Position numbers and translations under genes: made by a program. The notes beneath the pieces were generated by a model. The model was given only the letters and a program-made list of their open reading frames with translations, was not told where the DNA came from and searched no databases. A stretch of 64,000 nt of DNA, from assembly GCF_006345805.1 (NCBI RefSeq), contig NC_043023.1, forward strand, positions 16,616,001 through 16,680,000, read 5' to 3'. The DNA is from Octopus sinensis (Eukaryota). Positions 36,974 to 52,500 of this stretch are shown in pieces (position 1 is the stretch's first letter; every line of letters begins with the position of its first letter).

Positions 36974-37723
36974 CATATATATGACAGGCTTCTTTCAGTT
37001 TCCGTCTACCAAATCCACTCACAAGGCATCGGTCGGCCCGGGGCTATAGCAGAAGACACTTGCCCAAGATGCCACGCAGTGGGACTGAACCCGGAACCAT
37101 GAGGTTGGTTAGCAAGCTACTTACCACACAGCCACTCCTGCGTCTATATAACTACAGTTTTATATATATACATATATATATATATACAACTACAGTTTTA
37201 TATATAAAGACTAGCAGTATCGCCCGGCGTTGCTCGGGTTTGTAGGGGAAATAACTATATAAGCATTTTTAGAGAGTTACTTCCCTTATAGATGCCAATT
37301 CGGGCTTTCTTAGCCATTTCTGTTTTGGTGTCTTCAAGCCATGAAGTCGTTGTTCTAAAAGAACGCTGGTCTCCTTGACAACGCTTTACGACGTTGATTT
37401 CCTTACACTCCCTTCCCCACAGCTTCACGAGGGAGGGAAGAAGGGGGAGAAGCAAACAGATGCAGGTGTGACCATGGACGCCAACTCCGCCGCCATCGAC
37501 ACACGAAAAAATATGCTTTAAAATGGAATAAAAAATGATGTTAAATTATTTTTAAAATCGTAGACTCATCGTAGACGCGCGCTAATACTCAGACGGGCTC
37601 GATATGAATCACGACTATAAGATACCCGAATTTGGTTAAACTGCACCGCAAAATGTGGGAGTAGTTAGGAATCTAAATCGAAGGGGACAGACACTCACAC
37701 AACTACAGTTTTATATATATAGA
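36682..37723 (-). mobile_element. Two head-to-tail Helitrons (37211-37723 complete; 36682-37210 with interior replaced by a SINE-A at 36735-37143)
   Basis: CTAGCAGTATCGCCCGGCGTTGCTCGGG at 36682 and 37211; interior of 37211-37723 nearly identical to 18953-19407. Confidence 0.85.
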
Positions 37724-37890
37724 TTTACGGAAAAAATATTTCTTTACCTTCACCTGTTTAATACAATAAATGAATTAACTGCATTGCAATTAAAAGCATT
37801 TATGTATTAAGAATCTGGGTACTTTACCAACAGTATATTGGATAAATACTATCCCTTAGTGGGTTGCACCCATAACCCCTATCTTTCTTT

Positions 37891-37946
<56 letters not shown>

Positions 37947-39142
37947 CATATATGTATGTATGTGTGTGTATATACTTGTGTGTCTGTGTTTGTCCTCCCA
38001 GCATTGCTTGACAACAGATGCTGGTGTATTTACGTCCCCATAACTTAGCAGTTCAGCAAAAGAGGCCGATAGAATAAGTACTAGGCTTACAAAGAATAAT
38101 TGCTGGGGTCGATTTGCTCGACTAAAGGCGGTGCTCCAGCATGGCCACAGTCAAATGTCTGAAATATGTAAAAGATTTAGAGTAAAAAATATCCAATTTC
38201 CTGCAAGTTATGAGACAACAAAATCTGGGGAGAAGGTCACGTATGCCCATTTTCTCTATCAATTATTTATTCTTGTAAATATTATTCTCTTCCAGTAACT
38301 AAAATAACTCCAATTGCATCCTGTAAAACCACCGTGTATAACTGGTACACCGACTGAACTCTAAATAACCTTACGTGTGAATAAAGAACTCTTTAAATCT
38401 AGAGTTACTTCCCCCTAGCAATTCCCGCACTTTTTCTCCCGCAATATTTTCCCATTCCCTGCTGTTGATTGACCCTCGTGTATATTACCGGTCACATCCG
38501 TTCAACAGATAATTAGCTGAGATTTAATCCGATAGACGTGATTGCTAATTAAGCATGTAGAGAAATCATCTACTGAATTCTTTATTACGCTAATCTTAAA
38601 AACATAACGTCTATAATAAAACCTAGAATTTCTTACGAAGCTGTCGTTGTCTACCTTGGCTTAAGTTCTCACTACCTGAACATACTGCGACCTCGTCCTT
38701 ACCGGATCTAAATATTACCTGCTTATTGTTACAATGGATTGATTGTGACACCTTCCTCCTCTACATTGGGTCTATAAATAATACGTAAGTGTTATATATA
38801 TATATCCTGCCATTGTCTGTCGTAGCTGAAGTTCTCATTTGGACATCCGTTTCTATAATAGATTTGTTATTAATGTATCAGTATTGTTCACATCAACGAT
38901 TCTTTTTATGTGTTCAGTAAGTTATCAGAAAGAAACTGAAGGAAATAGAGAAATGTAACGAAAATAATTATTGTTATAATCTATATACAGAAGGGTCTCA
39001 CATAATGTAAAGTAAATGTGAATTGTCAATATTGGGTTAACTAAGAGGTTAATCTAAGCAACATCAGAATTCCAGTCGAAGCAAAATTCTGGTTTAACCC
39101 CTCATAACTTCTTTACCTTTTAAATTTTCAGAAAATGTTTGC

Positions 39143-39592
39143 GTGTCTTCTACTATAGCCCTGGGCCGACCAAAGCCTTGTGAGTGGATTTAGTAGACGG
39201 AAACTGAAAAAAAAGCCCGTCGTATATATGTATATATGTGTGTGTTTGTGTGTCTGTTTGTTCCCCTAGCATTGCTTGGCAACCGATGCTGGTGTGTTTA
39301 CGTCCCCGTCACTTAGCAGTTCGGCAAAAGAGACCGATAGAATAAGTACTGGGCTTACCAAAGAATAAGTCCCGGGGTCGAGTTGCTCGACTAAAGGCGG
39401 TGCTCCAGCATAGCCGCAGTCAAATGAGTGAAACAAGTAAAAAGAGTAAACTTAGCGGTTCGGCAAAAGAGACCGATAGAATAAGTACTGGGCTTACAAA
39501 AGAATAAGTCCCGGGGTCGAGTTGCTCGATTAAAGGCGGTGCTCCAGCATGGCCGCAGTCAAATGACTGAAACAAGTAAAAAGAGTAAAGAG
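39143..39592 (+). mobile_element. SINE-A with one 3' duplication
   Basis: Tail GAGTA joined directly to AACTTAGCGGTTCGGC at ~39447. Confidence 0.85.
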
Positions 39593-39700
39593 TACCTTAG
39601 TGAGGTCCTCTCTATCTGTGTGGTACAACTGTTGAAGTGGCGGATGACAGATAGCTTTTGGCCCCACACATGCCAGACAGAGAGGACCTCACTAGGGTAC
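39592..39700. repeat. 109-bp inverted-repeat (hairpin) element
   Basis: GTACCTTAGTGAGGTCCTCTCTATCTG vs CAGACAGAGAGGACCTCACTAGGGTAC (25/27 complementary). Confidence 0.75.
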
Positions 39701-39728
39701 ACTACATCTCCATTACTGTGTCTTCGTT

Positions 39729-39956
39729 TTAACCCTTTTGTTACCAACCTGGCTGAAACTGGCCCTGGCTCTGAGTACAAATGTTTTCTTTTCATAAGTT
39801 CTGAATTAAAATCTTCCACCAAACCTTAGTCACAATTATGTTCCTAACACTAGCTTAATGATAACTAAGTTATTTTACTAAATTCTTTGTTATATTTAAA
39901 ATTAATTGAAAGAAACACAGAGCATCTCAAAATAAATACAGTAATGAAAAGGTTAA
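39729..39956. mobile_element. piggyBac-type MITE-1, solo copy
   Basis: TTAACCCTTTTGTTACC ... GAAAAGGTTAA. Confidence 0.8.
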
Positions 39957-40454
39957 ATGAACACCAAGCCTTTGTCATAACCAAAGCTACACTCTGTCTT
40001 AAACTGTTTTTTCTCTCTTATTTCAGAATATCAGAGGACATTGGCATCAGAGGAATTTTACTGCAGAAGCGTCATCAATATTTATCATATTTTGAAGATG
40101 ATGTTACACAGAACAGGATATAAGAACCCTGTTTATGTAAATTAACTGTGAATTTCAGTAAAATATTTCTTCTGGGTGACGTTATTGGTGAAATTTCTTG
40201 GATTCACTCTGAAATGGGTAAAACCTAAATTTGAATTCTAAATAAACTTGGATAAATTTACAAAGACATTTGCAACATCTTAAGATATCAGCAAAGCTTA
40301 TATTTGATAAAAATATGGCAGTTGTAACATTTGTTAGGAATAAAATATAGAAACAAGAAGATAGGACATTTCCAGACCATTTTGTTGAAGAAAAAAATTA
40401 CAGAAAGAAAAATTGTGTGAGAAACTTTAATTTTTGGTAGATTTACCTGCAGAG

Positions 40455-42755
<2,301 letters not shown>

Positions 42756-42878
42756 CACCCGTGGTGAATCATTCTCTGAAATAGATCACTTGACCACTCA
42801 CAGACGAATTCATTAGGAGAGAAACCATGTCATTGTGATATCTGTGGTGAATGGTTCTCTCAAATATATCTCTTAGAT

Positions 42879-43097
42879 CAGTGGTTTTCAACCAGGGTTC
42901 CGCAGAACCTTAGGGTTCCACCAGTACAGTCCAGGGGTTCCGCAAGAAGTTACAAAACTGCTAAAATCGACAGTAATTTTTAATTTTCCTGTGCAGATAT
43001 GTGTGCATAAGACTATTAAATTATTGGACAGGGGTTCCTCGAGCCAGTGGAATGTTTCCTTAGGGTTCCGCTCCAGCAAAAAGGTTGAAAAGCATTG
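42879..43097. mobile_element. hAT-type MITE in the decayed finger tail of the zinc-finger gene
   Basis: CAGTGGTTTTCAACC ... GGTTGAAAAGCATTG with 8-bp flanks TCTTAGAT / ACTTAGAT (7/8). Confidence 0.8.
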
Positions 43098-43424
43098 ACT
43101 TAGATAAACACAGACACACATTGATATGGAAGAGAAACCATGTAACTGATTCTGTGGTATATCCTTCTCTGAAAAAAGACAATTAACTACAGATATCTTT
43201 CTCATCATAGAGAAGAGTGACTGTATCATTATCAAAAGTCATTTGTTGAAAGGAATATCTTATATAACAATAAATGTATCCACATGATAATAAAGATATA
43301 ACAGCATGTTATAACAACTTGCTAACCCTATATTTTTTATATATCCTTATCAATATCTACCATTCTGATATTTTTAATAAAATCTGTTCTTTCATATATA
43401 TATCCATCTAAGATAATTTCTGAA

Positions 43425-44207
43425 TCTCTATATAAAGCTGAAGTTGTCTGTGTGTGGCAGGTTTGGTAGCCTTCAACTAACTCTATCTCCTCCCAGACCC
43501 TGCAGCGCAAGTTGACCAAAATTGAGAGTATTATAGAAGAAGGATTGCTCTTCCTTCCGTAGAAGAAAAAATTCAAATCGGACCATGTTAACCCCAAAAA
43601 TTATTCACATCATAAAGGTGCTTTTTTTTCTATGAAAATCCCTATTTTTTACGATATTTTGACTGCTGTGTCACCATTTTTCGGTGTATTTCAACCAGAA
43701 AAATGTTCACTTAAAGAGAATAACAAGCTACATAATACGAGATTTTTACTTTTCAAAAATTCCAATTCTAAAGGGTCGAAACAAACCCGAGCAACGCCGG
43801 GCGATACTGCTAGTCTATATATATAAAGCTGAAGTTGTCTGTGTGTGTGTGGCAGGTTTGGTAGCCTTCAACTAACACTATCTCCTCCCAGACCCTGCGG
43901 CACAAGTTGACCAAAATTGAGAGTATGATAGAAGAAGGATTGCTCTTCCTTCCATAGAAGAAATATTCAAATCGGACCATGTTAACACCAAAAATTATTT
44001 ACATCAAAAAGGTGCTTTTTTCTCTATGAAAATCCCTATTTTTTACGATCTTTTGACTGCTGTGTCGTCATTTTTCGGTGTATTTCAACTAGAAAAATGT
44101 TCACTTAAAGAGAATAACAAGCTGCATAATACAAAATGTTTACTTTTCAAAAATTCCAATTCTAAAGGGTCGAAGCAAACCCGAGCAATGCCGGATGATA
44201 CTGCTAG
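43425..44207 (+). mobile_element. Two head-to-tail non-autonomous Helitrons (43425-43813, 43814-44207)
   Basis: A|TCTCTATATAAAGCTGAAG...CCCGAGCAACGCCGGGCGATACTGCTAG|TCTATATATATAAAGCTG...GCTAG|T. Confidence 0.88.
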
Positions 44208-44710
44208 TGAATAGAAAATCCTATTCATGTTTGTCATTATGTGGATGATAGATGGGAAATGAATATTCATGTTTCAGTGTTAAAATTACCTCATAGGTTA
44301 TTATGCTAGAAATATATATGCAAACCGTGAAGGCGCATGGCTCAGTAGTTACAGCGTAGAGCTTACGATCGTGAGGTTGTGAGTTCGATTCTCGGACTGG
44401 GCTGTGTTGTGTTCTTGAGCAAGAGACTTTATTTCACGTTGCTCCAGTTCACTCAGCTGTAGAAATCAGTTGCGACGTCACAGGTGCCAAGCTGTATCGG
44501 ACCCTTTGCCTTTTCCTTGGATAACATCGGTGGCGTGGAGAGGGAAGGCCGATATGAAGGGGTCACTACTGGTCTTCCATAAACAACCTTGCCTGGACTT
44601 GTGCCTGGGAGAGTAACTTTCTGGGTGCAATCCCATGGTCTGTGTCGTGACCGAAGGGGGGTCTCAGATATATATATATATATATATGTATATATATGTA
44701 TATATATATT

Positions 44711-44771
<61 letters not shown>

Positions 44772-44900
44772 ATATACGTATATATATATATATATATGTG
44801 TATAATATGTATATATATATATAATATATGTATATATATATATGTGTGTATATATGTATATATATGTGTGTATATATGTATATATATATATATATGTATA

Positions 44901-44941
<41 letters not shown>

Positions 44942-45433
44942 GTATATATTTATATATATATGTGTGTGAAGGCTCATGGCTCAGTAGTTAGAGCGTTGAG
45001 CTTACGATCGTGAGGTTGTGAGTTCAAATCCTGGACCGGGCTGCGTGTTGTGTTCTCGGGCAAGGCACTTTATTTCACGTTGCTCAGTTCACTCAGCTGT
45101 AGAAATGAGTTGCGACGTCACAGGTGCCAAGCTGTATCGGCCCCTTTGCCTTTACCTTGGATAACACTGGTGGCGTGGAGAGGAGAGGCCGGCATGCATG
45201 GGCGACTGCTGGTCTTCTATAAACAACCTTGCCCGGATTTGTGTCTGGGAGGGTAACTTTCTAGGTGCAATCCCATGGTCAGTCATGACCGAAGGGGGTC
45301 TCCGATTCAATACTGTACCCTGTATTTGTAATCAATGCACTGGCGTTACTGCCTTAACCTGTTGCACACATGCACATCTACTGCTTTTTTGCAACACATC
45401 TATGTAACTCAATTCTTTTCCTGACTAAAAGCA

Positions 45434-45911
45434 CTCTTTACTCTTTTACTTGTTTCAGTCATTTGACTGCGGCCATGCTGGAGCACCGCCTTTTATCGAG
45501 CAACTCGACCCCGGGACTTATTCTTTTCGTAAGCCCAGTACTTATTCTATCGGTCTCTCTTTTGCCGAACCGCTAAGTTTACTCTTTTACTTGTTTCAGT
45601 CATTTGACTGCGGCCATGCTGGAGCACCGCCTTTTATCGAGCAACTCGACCCCGGGACTTATTCTTTTCGTAAGCCCAGTACTTATTCTATCGGTCTCTC
45701 TTTTGCCGAACCGCTAAGTTTACTCTTTTACTTGTTTCAGTCATTTGACTGCGGCCATGCTGGAGCACCGCCTTTTATCGAGCAACTCGACCCCGGGACT
45801 TATTCTTTTCGTAAGCCCAGTACTTATTCTATCAGTGTCTTTTACCGAACCGCTAAGTGACGGGGACGTAAACACACCAGCATCGGTTGTCAAGCAATGC
45901 TAGGGGGACAA

Positions 45912-45947
<36 letters not shown>

Positions 45948-46650
45948 ATATATACGATGGGCTTCTTTCAGTTTCCGTCTACCCAATTCACTCACAAGGC
46001 TTTGGTCAGTCCGAGGCAATAGTAGAAGATACTTGCCCAAGGTGCCATGCAGTGGGACTGAACCCAGAACCATGTGGTTCGTAAGCAAGCTACTTACCAC
46101 ACAGCCACTCCTACGCCTATATATATATATATACATATATACAACAGGCTTCTTTCATTTTCCGTCTATCAAATCCACTCACAAGGCTTTGGTCGGCCCG
46201 GGGCTATAGTAGAAGACACTTGCCCAAGATGCCACGCAGTGGGACTGAACCCGGAACCATGTGGTTGGTAAACAAGCTACTTACCACACAGCCACTCCTA
46301 CGCCTATATGTATATATACGACGGGCTTCTTTCAGTTTCCGTCTATCAAATCCACTCACAAGGCTTTGGTCGGCCCGGGGCTATAGTAGAAGACACTTGC
46401 CCAAGGTGCCATGCAGTGGGACTGAACCCGGAACCATGTGGTTGGTAAACAAGCTATTTACCACACAGCCACTCCTGCACCTATATACGACGGGCTTCTT
46501 TCAGTTTCCGTCTACCAAATCCACTCACAAGGCTTTGGTCGGCCCGAGGCTATAGCAGAAGACACTTGCCCAAGGTGCCATGCAGTGGACTGAACCCGAA
46601 CCATGTGGTTGGTAAACAAGCTACTTACCACACAGCCACTCCTGTGCCTA
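45434..46650 (-). repeat. SINE-A with three tandem 3' segments (45434-45860) and four to five tandem heads (45940-46650)
   Basis: CCGCTAAGTT|TACTC junctions and repeated ACCACACAGCCACTCC heads. Confidence 0.88.
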
Positions 46651-46877
46651 TTCCTGTGCACGTTCAATATTCACATGCTCTGCGCTCATGTTTGGGCACA
46701 ATTTCCCCGTTAGACCCCTGGTTGGTCATGTAATTAACAGACAAAATTATCTGTCTCGTGCATCACACCAGCATCCTATACCATCGTCCTTGCTAACTCA
46801 GTAAGTAACCATGACAACAGCACCAGACATATTTCACTGCTGAAAAACATTCCAAGGCATTTACCATTTTAGGAAAC

Positions 46878-47979
46878 ATTTTTTCACGCTGAGAGTTGCT
46901 GAAGCATGGAACAAACTGCCGGCATCAGTTGTTAGTTGTCAGAGCACTGCATCCTTCAAAACTTCCATGCTTCCTGAGATTCGCCAGCACTACACCTGAG
47001 CTTTCTCCCCTCCATGCACACGCAAGCATGTATCTGACTCATACACTGTTCGCTTCCCAGACATTTGTACATTACTGCATATGCTTTATACGCACTTTTG
47101 ACAAGTTGTGGTGCACCTGGGCACTGTATACAATACCCTCCATCAGGAATTTGCCATATTCTGAATGCCTTACTTCTCCGGGCATGGATACATTGAAACT
47201 CCGACGTCTGGCAGCTGACTTGGCAGTCACCCATAAAATTATTAACCATCTTAAAAACAATAACTCTTAGCACCTTCTCAAACTCCATCTGTCTAACACC
47301 TGTGGACATATTTTACAAGTCAGAAAACAACACCGCTCCCATGACTTTAGGATACATTTTTTCACGCTGAGAGTTGCTGAAGCATGGAACAAACTGCCGG
47401 TATCAGTTGTCAGTTGTCGGAGCACTGCATCCTTCAAAACTACTCCATGCTTCCTGAGATTCGCCAACACTACACCTGAGCTTTCTCCCCTCCATACACA
47501 CACAAGCATGTATCTGACTCGTACACTGTTTCTTTCCAGACATTCGTACATTACTGCATGTACTTTATACGCACTTTTGACAAGTTGTGGTCCACCTGAG
47601 CACTTTATACAATAATTTCATTATTATTATTATTTAAAACTCCACCTGTTTAACACTCGTGGACATATTTACAAAATCAGAAAACAGCACAGCTCCTTCC
47701 ATGACTTTAGGATACACTTTTTCACGCTAAGAGTTGCTGAAGCATGGAACAAACTGCTGGAATCAGTTGTTAGTTGTCGGAGCACTGCATCCTTCAAAAC
47801 TTCCATGCTTTCTGAGATTCGCCAACACTACACCTGATTTTCTCCCCTCCATACACACACAAGCATGTATGTGACTCATACATTGTTCACTTTCCAGACA
47901 TTTGTACATTACTGCATGTACTTTATATGCACTTTCTGACAAGTTGTGGTGCACCTGAGCACTCTATACAATAATTTCA

Positions 47980-47990
<11 letters not shown>
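46878..47990 (+). mobile_element. Three consecutive CR1-like LINE 3' ends
   Basis: FFTLRVAEAWNKLP.SVV motif three times, each followed by the same 3' UTR; the second and third end in (ATT)n. Confidence 0.8.
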
Positions 47991-48025
<35 letters not shown>

Positions 48026-48144
48026 GTTATTATTATTATTATTATACATTTCTTCTCTCCTTCAATCGTTCGTTTCCTTTCCCAGAACCTCACTGCAGGC
48101 ATGAAGGGGATTCGATCCACCATAGCCAATTTCAGAACAACCTG

Positions 48145-48741
48145 CTGTGCTTGAGGAGACCTACTGAGTCAAGTACATGAACATCAAAATAAATATCAAT
48201 GGAAATAGCAGTTGTGATACCTGTGCCGGTGGCACGTAAAAAGCACCATCCGAACGTGGCCGATGCCAGTGCCGCCTTGACTGGCTTCTGTGTCGGTGGC
48301 ACATAAAAAGCACCATCCGAACGTGGCCGATGCCAGCGCTGCCTAGATTGGCTTCTGTGCCGGTGGCATGTTAAAAGCACCATTCGAACGTGGCCGATGC
48401 CAGTGCCGCCTCGACTGGCTTCTGTGCCGGTGGCATGTAAAAAGCACCATCCGAACGTGGCCGATGCCAGCGCCGCCTCGTCTGGCTTCTGTGCCGGTGG
48501 CACATAAAAAGCACCAACCAATCGTGGCCGCTGCCTGCCTCCCCTGGTACCCGTGCCAGTGGCACGTGAAAAGCACCCACTACACTCGTGGAGTGGTTGG
48601 CGTTAGGAAGGGCATCCAGCTGTAGAAACATTGCCAGATCAGACTGGAGCCTGGTGCGGCCTTCTGGCTTCCCAGATCCCCGGTCGAATCGTCCAACCCA
48701 TGCTAGCGCGGAAAACGGACGTTTAAACGATGATGATGATG
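48145..48741 (+). mobile_element. Retroposon D with ~6 internal ~58-bp modules
   Basis: GGTGGCACGTAAAAAGCACCATCCGAACGTGGCCGATGCCAG repeats, then the standard D 3' end and (GAT)n. Confidence 0.85.
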
Positions 48742-49413
48742 AGTTTAACAGAACTTTTCCCATGACATCACTGGTACCAAGCTGTTCGGCCTTTACCTTT
48801 CCCTTGGATAACATCAGTTGCATGGAGAGGAGAGGCCGTATGCATGAGCGACTGCTGGTTTTCCATAAACAACCCTGCCCTGACTTGTGCCTCAGAGGGT
48901 AACTTTCTAGGTGCAATCCCAGGGTCTGTGTTGTGACCAAAGGGGGGTCTCAGATATATATATATATGTATATATATACATATGTGTATATATATATATG
49001 TATGTATATGTATATATTTATATATATATGTGTGTGTGAAGGCGCATGGCTCAGTGGTTAGAGCGTCAAGCTTGTGATCGTAAGGTTGTGAGTTTGAATC
49101 CCGGACTGGGCTGCGTGTTGTGTTCTTGAGCAAGACACTTTTTTTCACGTTGCTCCAGTTCACTCAGCTGTAGAAATGGGTGGTGATGTCACTGGTGCCA
49201 AGCTGTATCGGCCCCTTTGCCTACCCCTGCCTTGTGCCTTGGAAGGTAACTTTCTAGGTGCAATCTCATGGTCATTCATGACCGAAGGGGTCTACTCCTC
49301 CTCATATGCAAACCGTAAAAGATAAAATGCAGTTTGGCCCTATCTGAGGAAACCCTATTTTCATATACATTATTTATATTCGACAGATATTTGTCCTCAT
49401 CTTGTTCGTTGTT

Positions 49414-49459
49414 AACACAACGTTTCGGCTGATGTATTCTCCAGCCTTCTTCAGGTGTC
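49414..49459 (-). ncRNA. Minimal type-I hammerhead within a Penelope-like terminal repeat fragment (~49375-49560)
   Basis: GACAC-CUGAAGA-A-GGCUG(GAGAAUACAU)CAGCC-GAA-ACGU-U-GUGUU. Confidence 0.7.
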
Positions 49460-49569
49460 TTGGGGGAAATTTCGAACCTAGGTTCTCATTCCTAAGGTAT
49501 TTTTTGATGTTATTATAATTATTGTTAGTGTTCAGGTCACTGCTTGGAATCAAACTCGGAACAGTTTTC

Positions 49570-52500
49570 TGTTTGAAAACCATTTAGCTGTTATTTCTAG
49601 CAAATCTAGTATCCTGTTGGGGGTCTTGATATTTCTTCGCTCTCTGTTTCAGGAGAAATTAACAAATGCACAAACGAACCTATCCAATTTGAAAACCATT
49701 TAGCTGTTATTTCTAGCATATCTAGTTTCCTGTTGGCGGTCTTGATATTTCTTCGCTCTCTGTTTCAGGAGAAATAAACAAATGCATAAACGAACCTATC
49801 CAATTTGAAAACCATTTAGCTGTTATTTCTAGCATATCTAGTTTCCTGTTGGGGTCTTGATATTTCTTCGCTCTCTGTTTCAGGAGAAATTAACAAATGC
49901 ACAAACGAACCTATCCAATTTGAAAACCATTTAGCTGTTATTTCTAGCATATCTAGTTTCCTGTTGGCGGTCTTGATATTTCTTCGCTCTCTGTTTCAGG
50001 AGAAATAAACACATGCATACACAAACCTATCCAATTTGAAAACCATTTAGCTGTTATTTCTAGCATATCTAGTTTCCTGTTGGCGGTCTTGATATTTCTT
50101 CTTCGCTCTCTGTTTCAGGAGAAATAAACACATGCATACACAACCTATCCAATTTGAAAACCATTTAGCTGTTATTTCTAGCATATCTAGTTTCCTGTTG
50201 GCGGTCTTGATATTTCTTCGCTCTCTGTTTCAGGAGAAATAAACACATGCATACACAAACCTATCCAATTTGAAAACCATTTAGCTGTTATTTCTAGCAT
50301 ATCTAGTTTCCTGTTGGCGGTCTTGATATTTCTTCGCTCTCTGTTTCAGGAGAAATAAACACATGCATAACACACCTATCCAATTTGAAAACCATTTAGC
50401 TGTTATTTCTAGCATATCTAGTTTCCTGTTGGCGGTCTTGATATTTCTTCGCTCTCTGTTTCAGGAGAAATTAACAAATGCACAAACGAACCTATCCAAT
50501 TTGAAAACCATTTAGCTGTTATTTCTAGCATATCTAGTTTCCTGTCGGCGGTCTTGATATTTCTTCGCTCTCTGTTTCAGGAGAAATTAACAAATGCACA
50601 AACGAACCTATCCAATTTGAAAACCATTTAGCTGTTATTTCTAGCATATCTAGTTTCCTGTCGGCGGTCTTGATATTTCTTCGCTCTCTGTTTCAGGAGA
50701 AATTAACAAATGCACAAACGAACCTATCCAATTTGAAAACCATTTAGCTGTTATTTCTAGCATATCTAGTTTCCTGTCGGCGGTCTTGATATTTCTTCGC
50801 TTCGCTCTCTGTTTCAGGAGAAATTAACAAATGCACAAACGAACCTATCCAATTTGAAAACCATTTAGCTGTTATTTCTAGCATATCTAGTTTCCTGTTG
50901 GGGGTCTTGATATTTCTTCGCTCTCTGTTTCAGGAGAAATAAACAAATGCATACACAAACCTATCCAATTTGAAAACCATTTAGCTGTTATTTCTAGCAA
51001 ATCTAGTATCCTGTTGGGGGTCTTGATATTTCTTCGCTCTCTGTTTCAGGAGAAATAAACAAATGCATACACAAACCTATCCAATTTGAAAACCATTTAG
51101 CTGTTATTTCTAGCAAATCTAGTATCCTGTTGGGGGTCTTGATATTTCTTCGCTCTCTGTTTCAGGAGAAATAACACATGCATAAACGAACCTATCCAAT
51201 TTGAAAACCATTTAGCTGTTATTTCTAGCATATCTAGTTTCTGTTGGCGGTCTTGATATTTCTTCGCTCTCTGTTTCAGGAGAAATAAACAAATGCATAA
51301 ACGAACCTATCCAATTTGAAAACCATTTAGCTGTTATTTCTAGCATATCTAGTATCCTGTTGGCGGTCTTGATATTTCTTCGCTCTCTGTTTCAGGAGAA
51401 ATTAACAAATGCACAAACGAACCTATCCAATTTGAAAACCATTTAGCTGTTATTTCTAGCATATCTAGTTTCCTGTTGGCGGTCTTGATATTTCTTCGCT
51501 CTCTGTTTCAGGAGAAATAAACAAATGCATAAACGAACCTATCCAATTTGAAAACCATTTAGCTGTTATTTCTAGCATATCTAGTTTCCTGTTGGCGGTC
51601 TTGATATTTCTTCGCTCTCTGTTTCAGGAGAAATAAACAAATGCACAAACGAACCTATCCAATTTGAAAACCATTTAGCTGTTATTTCTAGCATATCTAG
51701 TTTCCTGTTGGCGGTCTTGATATTTCTTCGCTCTCTGTTTCAGGAGAAATAAACAAATGCATAAACGAACCTATCCAATTTGAAAACCATTTAGCTGTTA
51801 TTTCTAGCATATCTAGTTTCCTGTTGACGGTCTTGATATTTCTTCGCTCTCTGTTTCAGGAGAAATAAACAAATGCATACACAAACCTATCCAATTTGAA
51901 AACCATTTTGCTGTTATTTCTAGCATATCTAGTTTCCTGTTGGCGGTCTTGATATTTCTTCGCTCTCTGTTTCAGGAGAAATTAACAAATGCACAAACGA
52001 ACCTATCCAATTTGAAAACCATTTAGCTGTTATTTCTAGCATATCTAGTTCCTGTTGGGGGTTCTTGATATTTCTTCGCTCTCTGTTTCAGGAGAAATAA
52101 ACAAATGCATAAACGAACCTATCCAATTTGAAAACCATTTAGCTGTTATTTCTAGCATATCTAGTATCCTGTTGGGGGTCTTGATATTTCTTCGCTCTCT
52201 GTTTCAGGAGAAATAAACACATGCATACACAACCTATCCAATTTGAAAACCATTTAGCTGTTATTTCTAGCATATCTAGTTTCCTGTTGGGGGTCTTGAT
52301 ATTTCTTCGCTCTCTGTTTCAGGAGAAATAAACACATGCACAAACGAACCTATCCAATTTGAAAACCATTTAGCTGTTATTTCTAGCATATCTAGTATCC
52401 TGTTGGCGGTCTTGATATTTCTTCGCTCTCTGTTTCAGGAGAAATTAACAAATGCACAAACGAACCTATCCAATTTGAAAACCATTTAGCTGTTATTTCT

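Larger units (their letters stand above)
38785..40136 (+). other. Candidate 5' non-coding exon signals of the zinc-finger gene
   Basis: Strong donor GTAAGT at 38785-38790 after unique sequence; acceptor TTTTTCTCTCTTATTTCAG with exon ~40027-40136 and donor GTAAAT. Splice motifs only. Confidence 0.3.
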
